In this document: piece after piece, positions 10,158 through 19,366 of the stretch
How the letters are laid out: each line of letters opens with the position of its first letter
Position numbering within the stretch: the stretch's first letter is position 1
Made by a program: the position numbers and the translations under genes
Notes under the pieces: model-generated
The model's database searches: none
What the model was told of the DNA's origin: nothing
The model's input: the letters and a program-made list of their open reading frames with translations, nothing else
IMG/VR virus record: IMGVR_UViG_3300020045_006222
Location: 1 to 33,665 of that record
Length of the DNA: 33,665 nt
Strand: one strand, 5' to 3'
From: a virus
Lineage: Duplodnaviria > Caudoviricetes

Positions 10158-12116
10158 TTAAACGTAAAATTCTTCAACGATAATGCATCCCGAGCCGCTT
10201 GCGCCGCCTGGCGCTCCTCCCACAGCAGCGCCTCCTCCGGCGCCCGAAGCACCGACCGCGTATGCGTATGTTGAACTCGGGGAATTGATAACGACGTCAA
10301 CGTAACCACCGGCACCGCCGCCGCCGCCCGTGAAGGTACTAACTCCTACGACTCCGGCACCGCCGCCGCCTGAACCTGAGTTCACGATCGCAGCAGTTCC
10401 GGTACTTCCCGAACCACCACCGGCACCGCCCATAGGCGATGCTGATCCCATCCCGCCGATCATGATTTGAGATGCGGCACCAGAACCAAATCCGGATTGA
10501 CCACTGCCTCCTGGCGCAACGACACCCGTTAGGCCCGTTGCAGTCGCAGAGCCGCCGGCTCCACCACCACCAATGTTGTAGACACTTCCTCCGGCGCCGC
10601 CCACGCAAGTGATGAGAGACGAGCCAAAGGTCGTCGTGCCGCCGGTAGCTCCGGTAGACGCGCCAGTTCCCGATCCGCCTGAACCGCCACCACCACCACC
10701 GGCACCGACTGCGCGAACTCTGATCCATTTACAGTTAGCCGGAGTCGTGTAGGTGCCAGAGCCAGAAGTGAATTTTTGGATTGTTGGAGATGTAAACATC
10801 GCCGCGACCTGGGGAACCGTTAGGTCGGCAGCATTTGCAGTGCCGCCAGTGTTGTTTCCCTTAATAGTGTTCGTCGCCATTTGAGCGAGCTTCGCGTTAG
10901 TCACGTTGTTGTTGGTAATTGAAGTTGTCGTGACTGCGTTAGCAGCGAGAGATCCGGATAGCTCCGAAAAATCGATCTGTACCCACGCAAACTGCGTAAC
11001 CGCGAGACCGTTTCCGTAACTGCGCAGATACATGTGTGTAGCGGTTTGGTTTCCAGAAAGAGCTGCAGCGACGTTCGAGCCGTTTCCGGCAACGATGGAT
11101 CCGAAGTTGAGTGTCGCTAATTTTGAAAAAGCGATTGCCGCGGCAGAATCGACGTCCGCATTTACGATAGTTGCCGGAGAATCCTTAATAGTTTTTCCGG
11201 TCGTGCCGTTTAATCTCGCGAATCCATTGTTCGTAGAAGACGCGGGACCTACGACATCGCCTGCTCCGGTTGGAGAAGTCCAAGTGCCGTCTGCTGCTAA
11301 GTATTTATTTGAAGCCGCGTCGCCCGCCGCCGGTGCGGGAACCAAACCCTTTGTTCCGCCGGATCCAGAATCACCGACAAAGTTCGAAAGAAGTGCTGTC
11401 GCTTGCGCTCCAGTTAAATCTTCCACGTCTCCAGTGCCAGCAGTCGTGCGACCTTTGATGGTTGCAGTCGCAACTTGAGCCAGCATCGCGTTCGTAACTT
11501 TGTTCGCGCCGATAGAAGTGACGCCAACGCTACTAATAGTCACGTCTCCGGACATCGCAACCGCTGTGGCTACGTTCGCGACTGAACCAATGAGCAAATA
11601 GCCTGCAGTCAGGGCCGCGAGTTTTGAGAAATCGATCGCCGCCGAAGCGTTGATCATTGAATTTAAAATAGAATCAGATCGAACATCGGCTGACAGATTC
11701 GAACCTGCAAGCGTGAGATCAATCGTTGAGGTATCGGCTACGGTGATTTCCGTTTGAACCGGATCACCCCCGATTGAAATGCCGGCACCGTCAAACGTAA
11801 GAATGTCGCCTGCACCGATCGCTAGACTTAAATCGGCGTCATTTGCTTCATTTCGCCAGTTAACTAAGTCTGAAAACGAAAGCCGGATTTGGCCAGTTGA
11901 GGCTACGTCGGCTGAGCGTGATTTAAAATAAACTGACTTCAGGCCGTAAGTAGTTCCGAAGTCAGCCTCTGCGAGAAGCTGAAACAAGCCGCCTGCTTTT
12001 TGAAGCATTCCGGTTGTTACCGCTTGCGCCCAGTCAGTAGCGTCGGCGCCCCATGAGACGTCATCCACTTCCGGATAGTCGTAGGCAACGCCGTTGATCG
12101 ATAATGGGATTGCGAT
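10158..12116 (-). CDS. glycine-rich fibre protein (tail or head fibre); probable ATC start at 12116
   Basis: Fibre-type repeats and a Gly-rich C-terminal domain (FTSGSGTYTTP...VGAGGGGG...GSGCIIVEEF). The frame is open 16 codons upstream of the GTG at 12068, to an ATC that follows AGGGGG. Confidence 0.7.
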   Translation of the reverse strand: MAIPLSINGVAYDYPEVDDVSWGADATDWAQAVTTGMLQKAGGLFQLLAEADFGTTYGLKSVYFKSRSADVASTGQIRLSFSDLVNWRNEANDADLSLAIGAGDILTFDGAGISIGGDPVQTEITVADTSTIDLTLAGSNLSADVRSDSILNSMINASAAIDFSKLAALTAGYLLIGSVANVATAVAMSGDVTISSVGVTSIGANKVTNAMLAQVATATIKGRTTAGTGDVEDLTGAQATALLSNFVGDSGSGGTKGLVPAPAAGDAASNKYLAADGTWTSPTGAGDVVGPASSTNNGFARLNGTTGKTIKDSPATIVNADVDSAAAIAFSKLATLNFGSIVAGNGSNVAAALSGNQTATHMYLRSYGNGLAVTQFAWVQIDFSELSGSLAANAVTTTSITNNNVTNAKLAQMATNTIKGNNTGGTANAADLTVPQVAAMFTSPTIQKFTSGSGTYTTPANCKWIRVRAVGAGGGGGGSGGSGTGASTGATGGTTTFGSSLITCVGGAGGSVYNIGGGGAGGSATATGLTGVVAPGGSGQSGFGSGAASQIMIGGMGSASPMGGAGGGSGSTGTAAIVNSGSGGGGAGVVGVSTFTGGGGGAGGYVDVVINSPSSTYAYAVGASGAGGGAAVGGAPGGASGSGCIIVEEFYV

Positions 12117-12145
12117 AAGAGCCCCCTAAAGCAGACGAATTTCAG

Positions 12146-12676
12146 TTAGCGAAGATCAATGCTGTAGGCTGTGCCGTCGGCACCGCTCGCGAGAGAAACG
12201 ATTGTCGTGTTTGAAAGGTTGACGTTTGCCATGACGAGACCGTTCCCGATCTTTCCTGGAACAACTGCCGAAACTGTCACAACTCCCAGAGCAGACGTAG
12301 CCGTCACGATGCCCGCAAGACTTGTTGCTGCGTTAATTGCAGACGCCAAGTTCGCTGCGACCGTTGCCGGAGTGCTCGAGATGTTGAATTGGTTTCCAGT
12401 TGCGCTCGAAGTAACGGCCGTAAACGTGACTCCAAAAAGAGTGCAAGTTTGACCGTTTGTCGGACCAGTTGATGCAAAAGTGACAGTGCCCGCGGCTTTT
12501 ACAGCGCCAACTTGAAATTGGAGAAGAGCGCCTTGTTGTGCTCCGCCAATCAATCCGCCGATGTAATCAGCAAAGCTATTTGCAGCGTCGCGTCCGCCCA
12601 TTGCGAGATTGCAGACACTCTTAAAACCCTCTGCTGATCCGTTCGAGGTGATGATGAGCCGTTCAAAAGAAGCCAT
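12146..12676 (-). CDS. capsid decoration / minor virion protein
   Basis: 176 aa directly after the capsid gene. Contains TATVAANLASAIN-like and ATSALGVVTVSA segments seen in virion surface domains. Confidence 0.5.
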   Translation of the reverse strand: MASFERLIITSNGSAEGFKSVCNLAMGGRDAANSFADYIGGLIGGAQQGALLQFQVGAVKAAGTVTFASTGPTNGQTCTLFGVTFTAVTSSATGNQFNISSTPATVAANLASAINAATSLAGIVTATSALGVVTVSAVVPGKIGNGLVMANVNLSNTTIVSLASGADGTAYSIDLR

Positions 12677-12700
12677 GTAATTTCCCTCTTACAAAGTTAA

Positions 12701-12732
12701 AGAGAAGGTCGGGAAAAACCCCGACCCTCTCT
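12701..12732 (-). terminator. hairpin downstream of the major capsid gene (terminator or mRNA stabiliser)
   Basis: On the minus strand AGAGAGGGTCGGGG-TTTT-TCCCGACCTTCTCT forms a 14-bp stem just after the capsid stop; the U tail is short. Confidence 0.65.
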
Positions 12733-12745
12733 CAAGAACGAGCGA

Positions 12746-14053
12746 TTAAGCAGCGTTTGAGTTAACGACGCCTGTGCCGTAAACAGCTTGCGCCGGTGCT
12801 TCTACGAAGATCGCCTGGTTGGTGTAAGCGCGAAGGCCAACACCGGCTTTACCTGGGATAGTGAAGAAGATTTCGTCTGCCGGTTTCGTCGGGTCGTTCA
12901 ATGAAAGCTCACGAGCGCCGATGCGCATGACCTTTTCGAGAGGGAAGATAAAGAAGTCGCCTTCTTTAACGATGTTGTAGCTGATGATCTTGATCGATCC
13001 ATTTTGCGAGTAATACTCGATCTCTTTCGAACCATTCGCGTTCTTACCTTTAGAGTAAGAGCCGTCGAATCTGCGAAGAGCCGCCAAGTTCGAAGCAAGA
13101 TCCGCCCATGTTGATGGGTTAACAACGAGCACTACATCAGTATCGAGACCGCGTTGAACGGCTTTCGAGACCGCGCTCAAGACTTTCGCCATTGTGAGCT
13201 GTCCAGAAGTTGTTACCGAGTTACCCTTCCAGAGGTCGAAAACCGACGCATCGATACCGAAGAGTGATCCGGTGTTTGTAAGGATTTTCTTCAAGCCCGC
13301 CATTTCAGCGTATGCAAATGATCCAGCCGAGCCAGAGCATGATCCGTAGAAATGAATGTTGAGTGATTGGGCTTCGATCGCAGTCTCGAGAGTCGTGAGC
13401 GTGCCTGCAGTACCTGCCGTACCGGCGGCGAAATAAACCGTGCGCGCATCAACGTCCACTTTTGCGACCTTGAATGAGCGAAGCGAATCGACAGCGGTGT
13501 TATCAGATGACTGAACGAAAACGACGTTTGCGTTCTCTGAACCAGTCCAGATACCAGTTGCCCACTCATCAGTATCGATGATGATCGGAAGCATTGAGCT
13601 TGCGATTACAACCGCTTGTGCTGCAGCTTGGCCGATATGGTCTGAGCCGTAGAGCATTGCGATTTCTAATCGCTTCTCTGAACTCTTCATCATGTTTTCA
13701 AATTTTGTCGACATGACTGATTTGAATGCAGTTGCAGAGTGCGATGCGCGAGCCGCTTGGTTGTAACCAACGGTCGAGTCGAGAACGATGTCTGCGCCCG
13801 GAACAACGGCAGATTGCATCGCCATTCCGATAGAGTCGTTCAGTGTGTAAGCATCTTGTGAGTCGAGTGAATAAGTGAAGCCCTGCTCAGCCGCTAGAAC
13901 AACTGGTTGTTCGTAGTGCTTACCGTTCTGAAGTTCCGAAGGAACAAACGGAATCATCTCCGAGAGTTTTGCGGCTTTTGGGATTAGATCTTCTACGCCT
14001 TTTGCGTACGCTACTTTATAGAGTGAGTTCAACGAGCCAGTATCGATAGCCAT
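12746..14053 (-). CDS. major capsid protein
   Basis: 435 aa after the scaffold, with strong SD AAGGAG, its own structured leader and a downstream hairpin. Has GLKKIL...LFGID and VLVVNPSTW motifs consistent with an HK97-fold capsid. Confidence 0.8.
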   Translation of the reverse strand: MAIDTGSLNSLYKVAYAKGVEDLIPKAAKLSEMIPFVPSELQNGKHYEQPVVLAAEQGFTYSLDSQDAYTLNDSIGMAMQSAVVPGADIVLDSTVGYNQAARASHSATAFKSVMSTKFENMMKSSEKRLEIAMLYGSDHIGQAAAQAVVIASSMLPIIIDTDEWATGIWTGSENANVVFVQSSDNTAVDSLRSFKVAKVDVDARTVYFAAGTAGTAGTLTTLETAIEAQSLNIHFYGSCSGSAGSFAYAEMAGLKKILTNTGSLFGIDASVFDLWKGNSVTTSGQLTMAKVLSAVSKAVQRGLDTDVVLVVNPSTWADLASNLAALRRFDGSYSKGKNANGSKEIEYYSQNGSIKIISYNIVKEGDFFIFPLEKVMRIGARELSLNDPTKPADEIFFTIPGKAGVGLRAYTNQAIFVEAPAQAVYGTGVVNSNAA

Positions 14054-14109
14054 GCGGCAATCTCCTTCAAAGATTAAACAAGTGGTTTGTAATTTGGTGC
14101 GCTTACAGG

Positions 14110-14202
14110 TGACTTGTTCTTTGAGGGTGGCTCTTGAGCGTCCTAAACAACCTAGTCGGCAGAGAATCCGTTGGATGGCCGTGGCGTCCGAATGACTCTC
14201 TG
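14110..14202 (-). promoter_or_regulatory. structured 5' leader of the capsid gene with two related hairpins
   Basis: Minus strand: GGACGC-CACG-GCCATCC closed by CAGAGAGTC/GATTCTCTG, and GGACGC-TCAAGA-GCCACCC closed by TTGTT/AACAA. Confidence 0.6.
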
Positions 14203-14208
14203 AAAACT

Positions 14209-14220
14209 AAGTATTAAAAT
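14209..14220 (-). promoter_or_regulatory. late-promoter-like motif TTTTAATACTT upstream of the capsid gene
   Basis: Copy of the recurring motif, located immediately 5' of the structured leader. Confidence 0.6.
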
Positions 14221-14224
14221 TTGA

Positions 14225-15139
14225 TCATGACCTATTAAATTTTCTCCATTCAGCGGCCGACATTCGTTTTCCGGAGTTCCGAGGTCGAGGCGCTGCCTCA
14301 CCTTGATCCAATGGCGTTTTCAAATTCGCAGCCGGGTCTTTGAGCCTGGACGTGTCGTAAGTTCTGAGTTTCTGGAGACCTTGATCGCCAAGAAGTTTCA
14401 TCAGAGTCTCGGCGTCGGCTTCGCCATACAAATTCCGGTGAGCGGTCTCAATGTCTTCCTTAACCAATTGAGCGGCTTCTTTCGGCGTCATCTGGAAATT
14501 CATTTTTGCCGCGCGGTGAATGTACTTCGCCATTTCGGCAACGGCAGCCTTAGTCGGCGGAAGATTCGTATCTTTTAAAGCTTCGGTGAACTGTTTCGTG
14601 TAATCGTCGGCGAACTTAGCCTTTAAAGCATCGTCGCGCTTCTTGGTTTCCGCATCTCGCTGAGCCTTTTCGAGCTCTTCGTAGCGCTGAAGCTTGGTTT
14701 TCGTCTCGCGAAACTCTTTCTCTCGCGGATCCATCATCTCGTCTTCTAATTGAGAGAGAAGAAACTCTTCCGAGAGCTTTCTTGGGTCATGCCCGAGTTT
14801 TTTGATAACGTCGAACAGCTTACCCTTGTCTTTCATCATGTTGATGAATTCTTCGGCCTGCTTTTTAGAGGCTTTGCCTTCTTGAAGCATCTTATTGGCA
14901 GCTTTTTGATGGGTGTAGCCGCGCTTTAGCTCTTCTTCGTCGACTTCAATCTCTTGTCCGTCGACTTTTAGCTTATGTTTTCGCATCGCCTCGGCTGCAG
15001 CTTCTTTTGCAGGGTTTCCCGCGGCGACTTGAGCGCCCGGAACTTGCGAACCAAGCGCTTTCGGGTCTTGTGCCGGCGCTAGGCCTGGATCATTTGTTGG
15101 AGCGGCACCTGGCGCGCCTCCTGCGCTTACGTCTGACAT
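14225..15139 (-). CDS. capsid scaffolding protein
   Basis: 304 aa: disordered N-terminus, KLKVDGQEIEVDEEELKRGY motif, coiled coil. Lies between the portal region and the capsid gene. Confidence 0.75.
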   Translation of the reverse strand: MSDVSAGGAPGAAPTNDPGLAPAQDPKALGSQVPGAQVAAGNPAKEAAAEAMRKHKLKVDGQEIEVDEEELKRGYTHQKAANKMLQEGKASKKQAEEFINMMKDKGKLFDVIKKLGHDPRKLSEEFLLSQLEDEMMDPREKEFRETKTKLQRYEELEKAQRDAETKKRDDALKAKFADDYTKQFTEALKDTNLPPTKAAVAEMAKYIHRAAKMNFQMTPKEAAQLVKEDIETAHRNLYGEADAETLMKLLGDQGLQKLRTYDTSRLKDPAANLKTPLDQGEAAPRPRNSGKRMSAAEWRKFNRS

Positions 15140-15180
15140 ATCTATTCTCCCTTAGCCGTCATTTAAGTTGGGCTAGTAAA

Positions 15181-15555
15181 TTAAAGTTTCTTCGTAAGTA
15201 GTGTTTGCTTCGCTTGAGCGTGAGCGCCGTACTGCATAGCTCTGAACACGACAGTTGGAATTCCAGTTGTTGCGTATGCCACGCTAAAGCCCTGCTCTTT
15301 TGCTTCTTCTAAGAGAGCATCGACCACGAGAGTGATACCTTTAGCCTTCAATTCGACGTCAGCTTTCGGATTTGAAATCAGATTTTCGAGATAACAAATC
15401 GAGCTATCGGTCTGATAAAGGAAATAGGCCGCGACCCCGTCTACGATAAACCCAGTCTCTGGAAACTGATGCTCTTCGTAGTCGGTTCCGTAGCCTTCTC
15501 GAGCCCAGTTAGCTATCTGATCAAAGTCTTCTCTCTCGTAGCGCCGAACAGTCAT
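15181..15555 (-). CDS. GNAT-like putative acetyltransferase
   Basis: 124 aa with VRRYEREDFDQI, YLENLISNP and LLEEAKEQGF patterns resembling the GNAT fold. Confidence 0.5.
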   Translation of the reverse strand: MTVRRYEREDFDQIANWAREGYGTDYEEHQFPETGFIVDGVAAYFLYQTDSSICYLENLISNPKADVELKAKGITLVVDALLEEAKEQGFSVAYATTGIPTVVFRAMQYGAHAQAKQTLLTKKL

Positions 15556-17555
15556 GACGCCTGCATCCCGTCGATGATTTCTGCCGACTGCTCATCGGTT
15601 CCTGCCGGCGCGCTCGGCATATTCGGCTGTTGAATAGCTTCTGCTTGCTGAGCAACGGGTGGTGCACCATTTAGCATGTCTGCAGTTCCGCCGTCGCCAG
15701 CGCCCATGGGAGGTGCTGCTGGAGGGACCATAATCTGATGGCCAAGCATCTGAGCCATCATCTGGTAACCAGGAGACTGAGCCATCGTAATGTGTTCTTG
15801 AATGTGAGCGAGCGAGACCTGCATCGATGGGCTGTTGCCGTCCTTACGAGCTTCTGGAGAAGCCAGTACCGTACTGTGCTCTAAGATATGCTGAGCATGG
15901 TTGTCGGTAATAACCACTCGTTGCGGTTTGCCGTCGGCCAACTCTTCGTTCTCTGATTTGATCAAGAGAAGCTGTGCCTGTTTCCCTTCGATCACTGGCT
16001 CAAGGCGTCCTGTCGTAACGACTTGGATGTATTGATCGGGATTGGAAATCATTCCTTTTTCCATGAATGCATCGGCTAGGTTCACTCGGCCCGCTGTTGT
16101 GCGAGTCATTGGATTTCCCATATCGACCATCACGCGGTTGATCGCGCCTAAGTCTTCGCCTACGAATTCACGCATGAGCGGACGGTTCGATTTTCCAGCA
16201 ATCGCAGCGACGCGAGGAACGGCAGCGAACGTCTTTAGGATGTTAACGGTTCCAGTTCCGAGGTCTTCCACGAGTTGCGCATATGACTGCTGAAGGCTCA
16301 TTGAAAATTGAATTGCCATCGATTGAACTAGTGCGAGTGCTGCGCCAGATTTCAACGAAGACTCTGGGTTTCCACGAGCTACCGAGTTGACGCCCGAAAT
16401 CGTCTCGCCGAGCTTCTCAAGCATGTCGATGAAACTGAAGATCTCTGGAGGAGTTGAAGTCAGGTTCAGCGCCTCTGGCTTACCCGTCTTCGGATCGTAT
16501 TCCATGACGTTTAAGCCGCCGGACATTTGCGAAGTAGAAAGATCATGGCCTTTTGGAACCAAGATATTTTGAACGCCGAAAGTTGCCTGGTTCGAAATTA
16601 CGGTTGAGTAAAGTACGTCGATTGCTTCTTGAATCGGCAAAAGGTCAAAACCAACCGTGTAGCCGAAGATAGTTCCTGTTTCCTCATCTGGTGCAATTCT
16701 ATAAACGTGCGTCTCTTCGTAAGGAATCGGACCGTCCATGAGAACGGTGCCGTTGCCTAAGACGGTCGTGTAGCGGCCTTGCGGAAGCGCCGGAGTCGGC
16801 TTGTGTAGAAGCGTGAAGACCGCAATGTTGTCGGACTCTTCTAAGCCCAGAACAGTCGTTACGGTCGTTTTATAGGTCTCGATGGTGTCGATTGAGTCTT
16901 CTAGAATTTTATCCGCAATGTCTGGAAACTTAGCGGCAAGCGTGAACTTGTTTTGGAAGTCTCTTAGAATGTACCAGTCTTCAAGAGACGCTGACTCTTT
17001 CGAGTAATCGCGAATCACGTTGAGCGGAGTGTAATTCGTGTAGCGCATGTCTCCTTGATAAACAGGTGCGCCGGTCGCAGTTTTTCCGTAGATATCGCCG
17101 TTTGTTGCGTCCCATTCGGCTCTAACAAAAGCTTCTGAGAAAATAAGCGCATCTTTAACGCCGGTCTTGATGTAGCGCTCAAGCTTCTTCTCTCGCATAT
17201 AGTAGTCGAGAAGGCCGGCTGCTAAGATCACTTGGCTCTGAGATTTAACGTCTGAGTTTGTAGCTCTTGGCTCGAAGTTCGGACGCTGTTGAACCGTCAT
17301 CGTCTCAAGATGCAGAAGAAGATTTCGGTAGTGGTTAACCGAGAGCGAAGTTAATTCGCCCTGCTGGCCAGTTGGGTTCAGCATTCCGCCAGTCAGGCGC
17401 GGCCGATAGTAGTAGCTCCAAGATCTGCGCATAAGGTCTAGGCGTCCCGACATCGTCAGGAACTCGTAGAAGTCTTCAACCTTGTCTAAGATGTTGTTGG
17501 CGATCTCTTTAGGCTCAACACTCGCCCAGTACGGCTTCATAGCGTTTTGATTCAT
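15552..17555 (-). CDS. portal protein
   Basis: 667 aa directly after terL, with ISGVNSVARG...SGAAL motif and a Pro/Gln/Met-rich tail. Confidence 0.85.
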   Translation of the reverse strand: MNQNAMKPYWASVEPKEIANNILDKVEDFYEFLTMSGRLDLMRRSWSYYYRPRLTGGMLNPTGQQGELTSLSVNHYRNLLLHLETMTVQQRPNFEPRATNSDVKSQSQVILAAGLLDYYMREKKLERYIKTGVKDALIFSEAFVRAEWDATNGDIYGKTATGAPVYQGDMRYTNYTPLNVIRDYSKESASLEDWYILRDFQNKFTLAAKFPDIADKILEDSIDTIETYKTTVTTVLGLEESDNIAVFTLLHKPTPALPQGRYTTVLGNGTVLMDGPIPYEETHVYRIAPDEETGTIFGYTVGFDLLPIQEAIDVLYSTVISNQATFGVQNILVPKGHDLSTSQMSGGLNVMEYDPKTGKPEALNLTSTPPEIFSFIDMLEKLGETISGVNSVARGNPESSLKSGAALALVQSMAIQFSMSLQQSYAQLVEDLGTGTVNILKTFAAVPRVAAIAGKSNRPLMREFVGEDLGAINRVMVDMGNPMTRTTAGRVNLADAFMEKGMISNPDQYIQVVTTGRLEPVIEGKQAQLLLIKSENEELADGKPQRVVITDNHAQHILEHSTVLASPEARKDGNSPSMQVSLAHIQEHITMAQSPGYQMMAQMLGHQIMVPPAAPPMGAGDGGTADMLNGAPPVAQQAEAIQQPNMPSAPAGTDEQSAEIIDGMQAS

Positions 17556-19028
17556 TTAACGCCCTCTCTTCCGTACTGAAGTATTAAAAGCCGAGCGTTT
17601 CGGAGCTAAACTTTGTTGAATAGTTCTGGAGTTGTGGCTGGACTGCTTGTCTTTGATATTTCCGAGCCAAGCCTTATGGTTTTCAAACCCGTGGCTGGCA
17701 GGAATCGGATTCGTTCCTTTTGCCAAGTTTCGAACCAAGTAAATGAGTGCGGCTAAGTGATCAAAGTGGCCGTACACAGTTGATCTTGCGAATGCCTTTT
17801 TCTTGTTATCCCAAACGCCGTACTTCAAACATCCAATGAGCTGCTTGCATCTTGGGTTAACGATGATTTGGCCGGCTTGAACCATGAGCCTGACTTCGTT
17901 GATCATGGCTTCGAGAGAATCTTTGTTCGTCTCTATGAATGTCAGATTGTGAAGCGCCGAGAAATCGAGCATCATAATCGGCCAGTTATTGTCGGAAACA
18001 CGCCTGAAAGGAATTGGGTTGTTGTTGTAATCCCTTTTCTCTTTCCCGTCCTCATCCAGGTTGTCCCAGATTTCTTTCTCTTTCGCTCTGATGGCTCCTG
18101 CTAAGAGAGACGTATTCATCTCCGGGCCGTTCATCTTCATTTCATCTTCAATGACGAGGGCCGCTCGCTTGAAGTCGTAGTAGCCGAAAATCAGAGCTGT
18201 GAAATCCTTCACTCCTAAATCCATGCCGTCATACTTGTGGTAATACTGGTAGAATTCATCGCGTTCGAGATCTTGAATAAACTTGTCATCCCATTCCGGA
18301 ATGATTGATAGATCAGAATCAGTGATGAGTTCGCACAAGCACTCACGCCTGAATGTCGTGCTTTCTCGCCCACCCATTTCTTTCGCCATTCGTTCAATAT
18401 CGTCTTCGGAAATCAGTGGGTTTGTATGGATGTCGAGCTTTACGTAAGAACCCTCTGCTTCCGCTTTCTGGATGTAATCGACAAACGGATGCGCAGGCGT
18501 GGAAGGTGGCGTAGAAATAAAAATGATTTTGCAATTAGGTCTGTGGAGTGTCGCTGGAATGATGACTGACTTATAGATGTAGTCGAGATTCGTTACGAAG
18601 CCACACTCGTCGATAATAATGAGATCAAGAGTGTTACCGCGAAGACCGTTAGGGTTCTTATCCAGGCCAACGAGTTTGATGCGTGAGCCATTCGGATAGA
18701 TGTAGAAGTTGCCGACTTTTTTCGGCTTACATCCTGGCGGGGCATCATCAATGATTTTCTCAAACGCTGGAATAATGAAATCGACGAGATCTGACTGAAA
18801 TGCAGCCCCATACCGGATTTGTGCCTTAGAAGTTTTAATCGCAACTTCATTGGCCTTCGTTACCGCCCAGTATGATTTGCCCCACTGGCGAGAGCAGTTT
18901 CCAACAAAAAGTTGTCCCTTCGCATCGTTGAAGACTTGATTCAAAATCTCTTGGGCTTTGTGAAGCTTCCATTCGAGACTTCCCCTTAGCCAGAGCTCTC
19001 GCTTAGCAAGATCGATTGCGGCATTCAC
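17556..19028 (-). CDS. terL: terminase large subunit
   Basis: Walker A SRQWGKS, LRG motif, Walker B IIIDE, coupling motif ISTP, nuclease motifs GMDLG..DFTA and HFDHLAALIY. Confidence 0.92.
   Translation of the reverse strand: MNAAIDLAKRELWLRGSLEWKLHKAQEILNQVFNDAKGQLFVGNCSRQWGKSYWAVTKANEVAIKTSKAQIRYGAAFQSDLVDFIIPAFEKIIDDAPPGCKPKKVGNFYIYPNGSRIKLVGLDKNPNGLRGNTLDLIIIDECGFVTNLDYIYKSVIIPATLHRPNCKIIFISTPPSTPAHPFVDYIQKAEAEGSYVKLDIHTNPLISEDDIERMAKEMGGRESTTFRRECLCELITDSDLSIIPEWDDKFIQDLERDEFYQYYHKYDGMDLGVKDFTALIFGYYDFKRAALVIEDEMKMNGPEMNTSLLAGAIRAKEKEIWDNLDEDGKEKRDYNNNPIPFRRVSDNNWPIMMLDFSALHNLTFIETNKDSLEAMINEVRLMVQAGQIIVNPRCKQLIGCLKYGVWDNKKKAFARSTVYGHFDHLAALIYLVRNLAKGTNPIPASHGFENHKAWLGNIKDKQSSHNSRTIQQSLAPKRSAFNTSVRKRGR
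17579..17589 (-). promoter_or_regulatory. late-promoter-like motif TTTTAATACTT upstream of the portal gene (inside the terL 3' end)
   Basis: Copy of the recurring motif, 24 nt before the portal start. Confidence 0.55.
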
Positions 19029-19366
19029 GAAGCCCCGTCATGGTCTTTCACTAGTTTGAGAAGTGTCTCGGTCGGCGTTCCCTCAAGCTCTTCTGATGGA
19101 TCATCGCCCACGTCTTCTTCGATTTCTTTTGGCTTAGCCTGGCAGAATGCGAGAAGATCTAAATAAATGCCGATCTTCGCGCTCGGATACATTTGGTCCT
19201 TGGCATCCTTCTTCGCGTCTTCTTCTAAGATGCGCAAAATTTCAGAAACCGGATGCAGTCCTGCTTCAGCTAAGACCGAGGCAGTCGTCTGGAATTTGGC
19301 TTTGTTTGGAACGCCTTTTTTGCGACCCGCTCCTTCTGGGCGACTCATTCCTTTTTGGAATTTCAT
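19025..19366 (-). CDS. terS: terminase small subunit
   Basis: N-terminal FQKG...GRKKGVPNK motif; overlaps the terL start by 4 nt. Confidence 0.75.
   Translation of the reverse strand: MKFQKGMSRPEGAGRKKGVPNKAKFQTTASVLAEAGLHPVSEILRILEEDAKKDAKDQMYPSAKIGIYLDLLAFCQAKPKEIEEDVGDDPSEELEGTPTETLLKLVKDHDGAS

Noticed and set aside
10158-10760. Diversity-generating retroelement target in the fibre C-terminus
   Set aside because: No reverse transcriptase and no template-repeat copy seen in the window.
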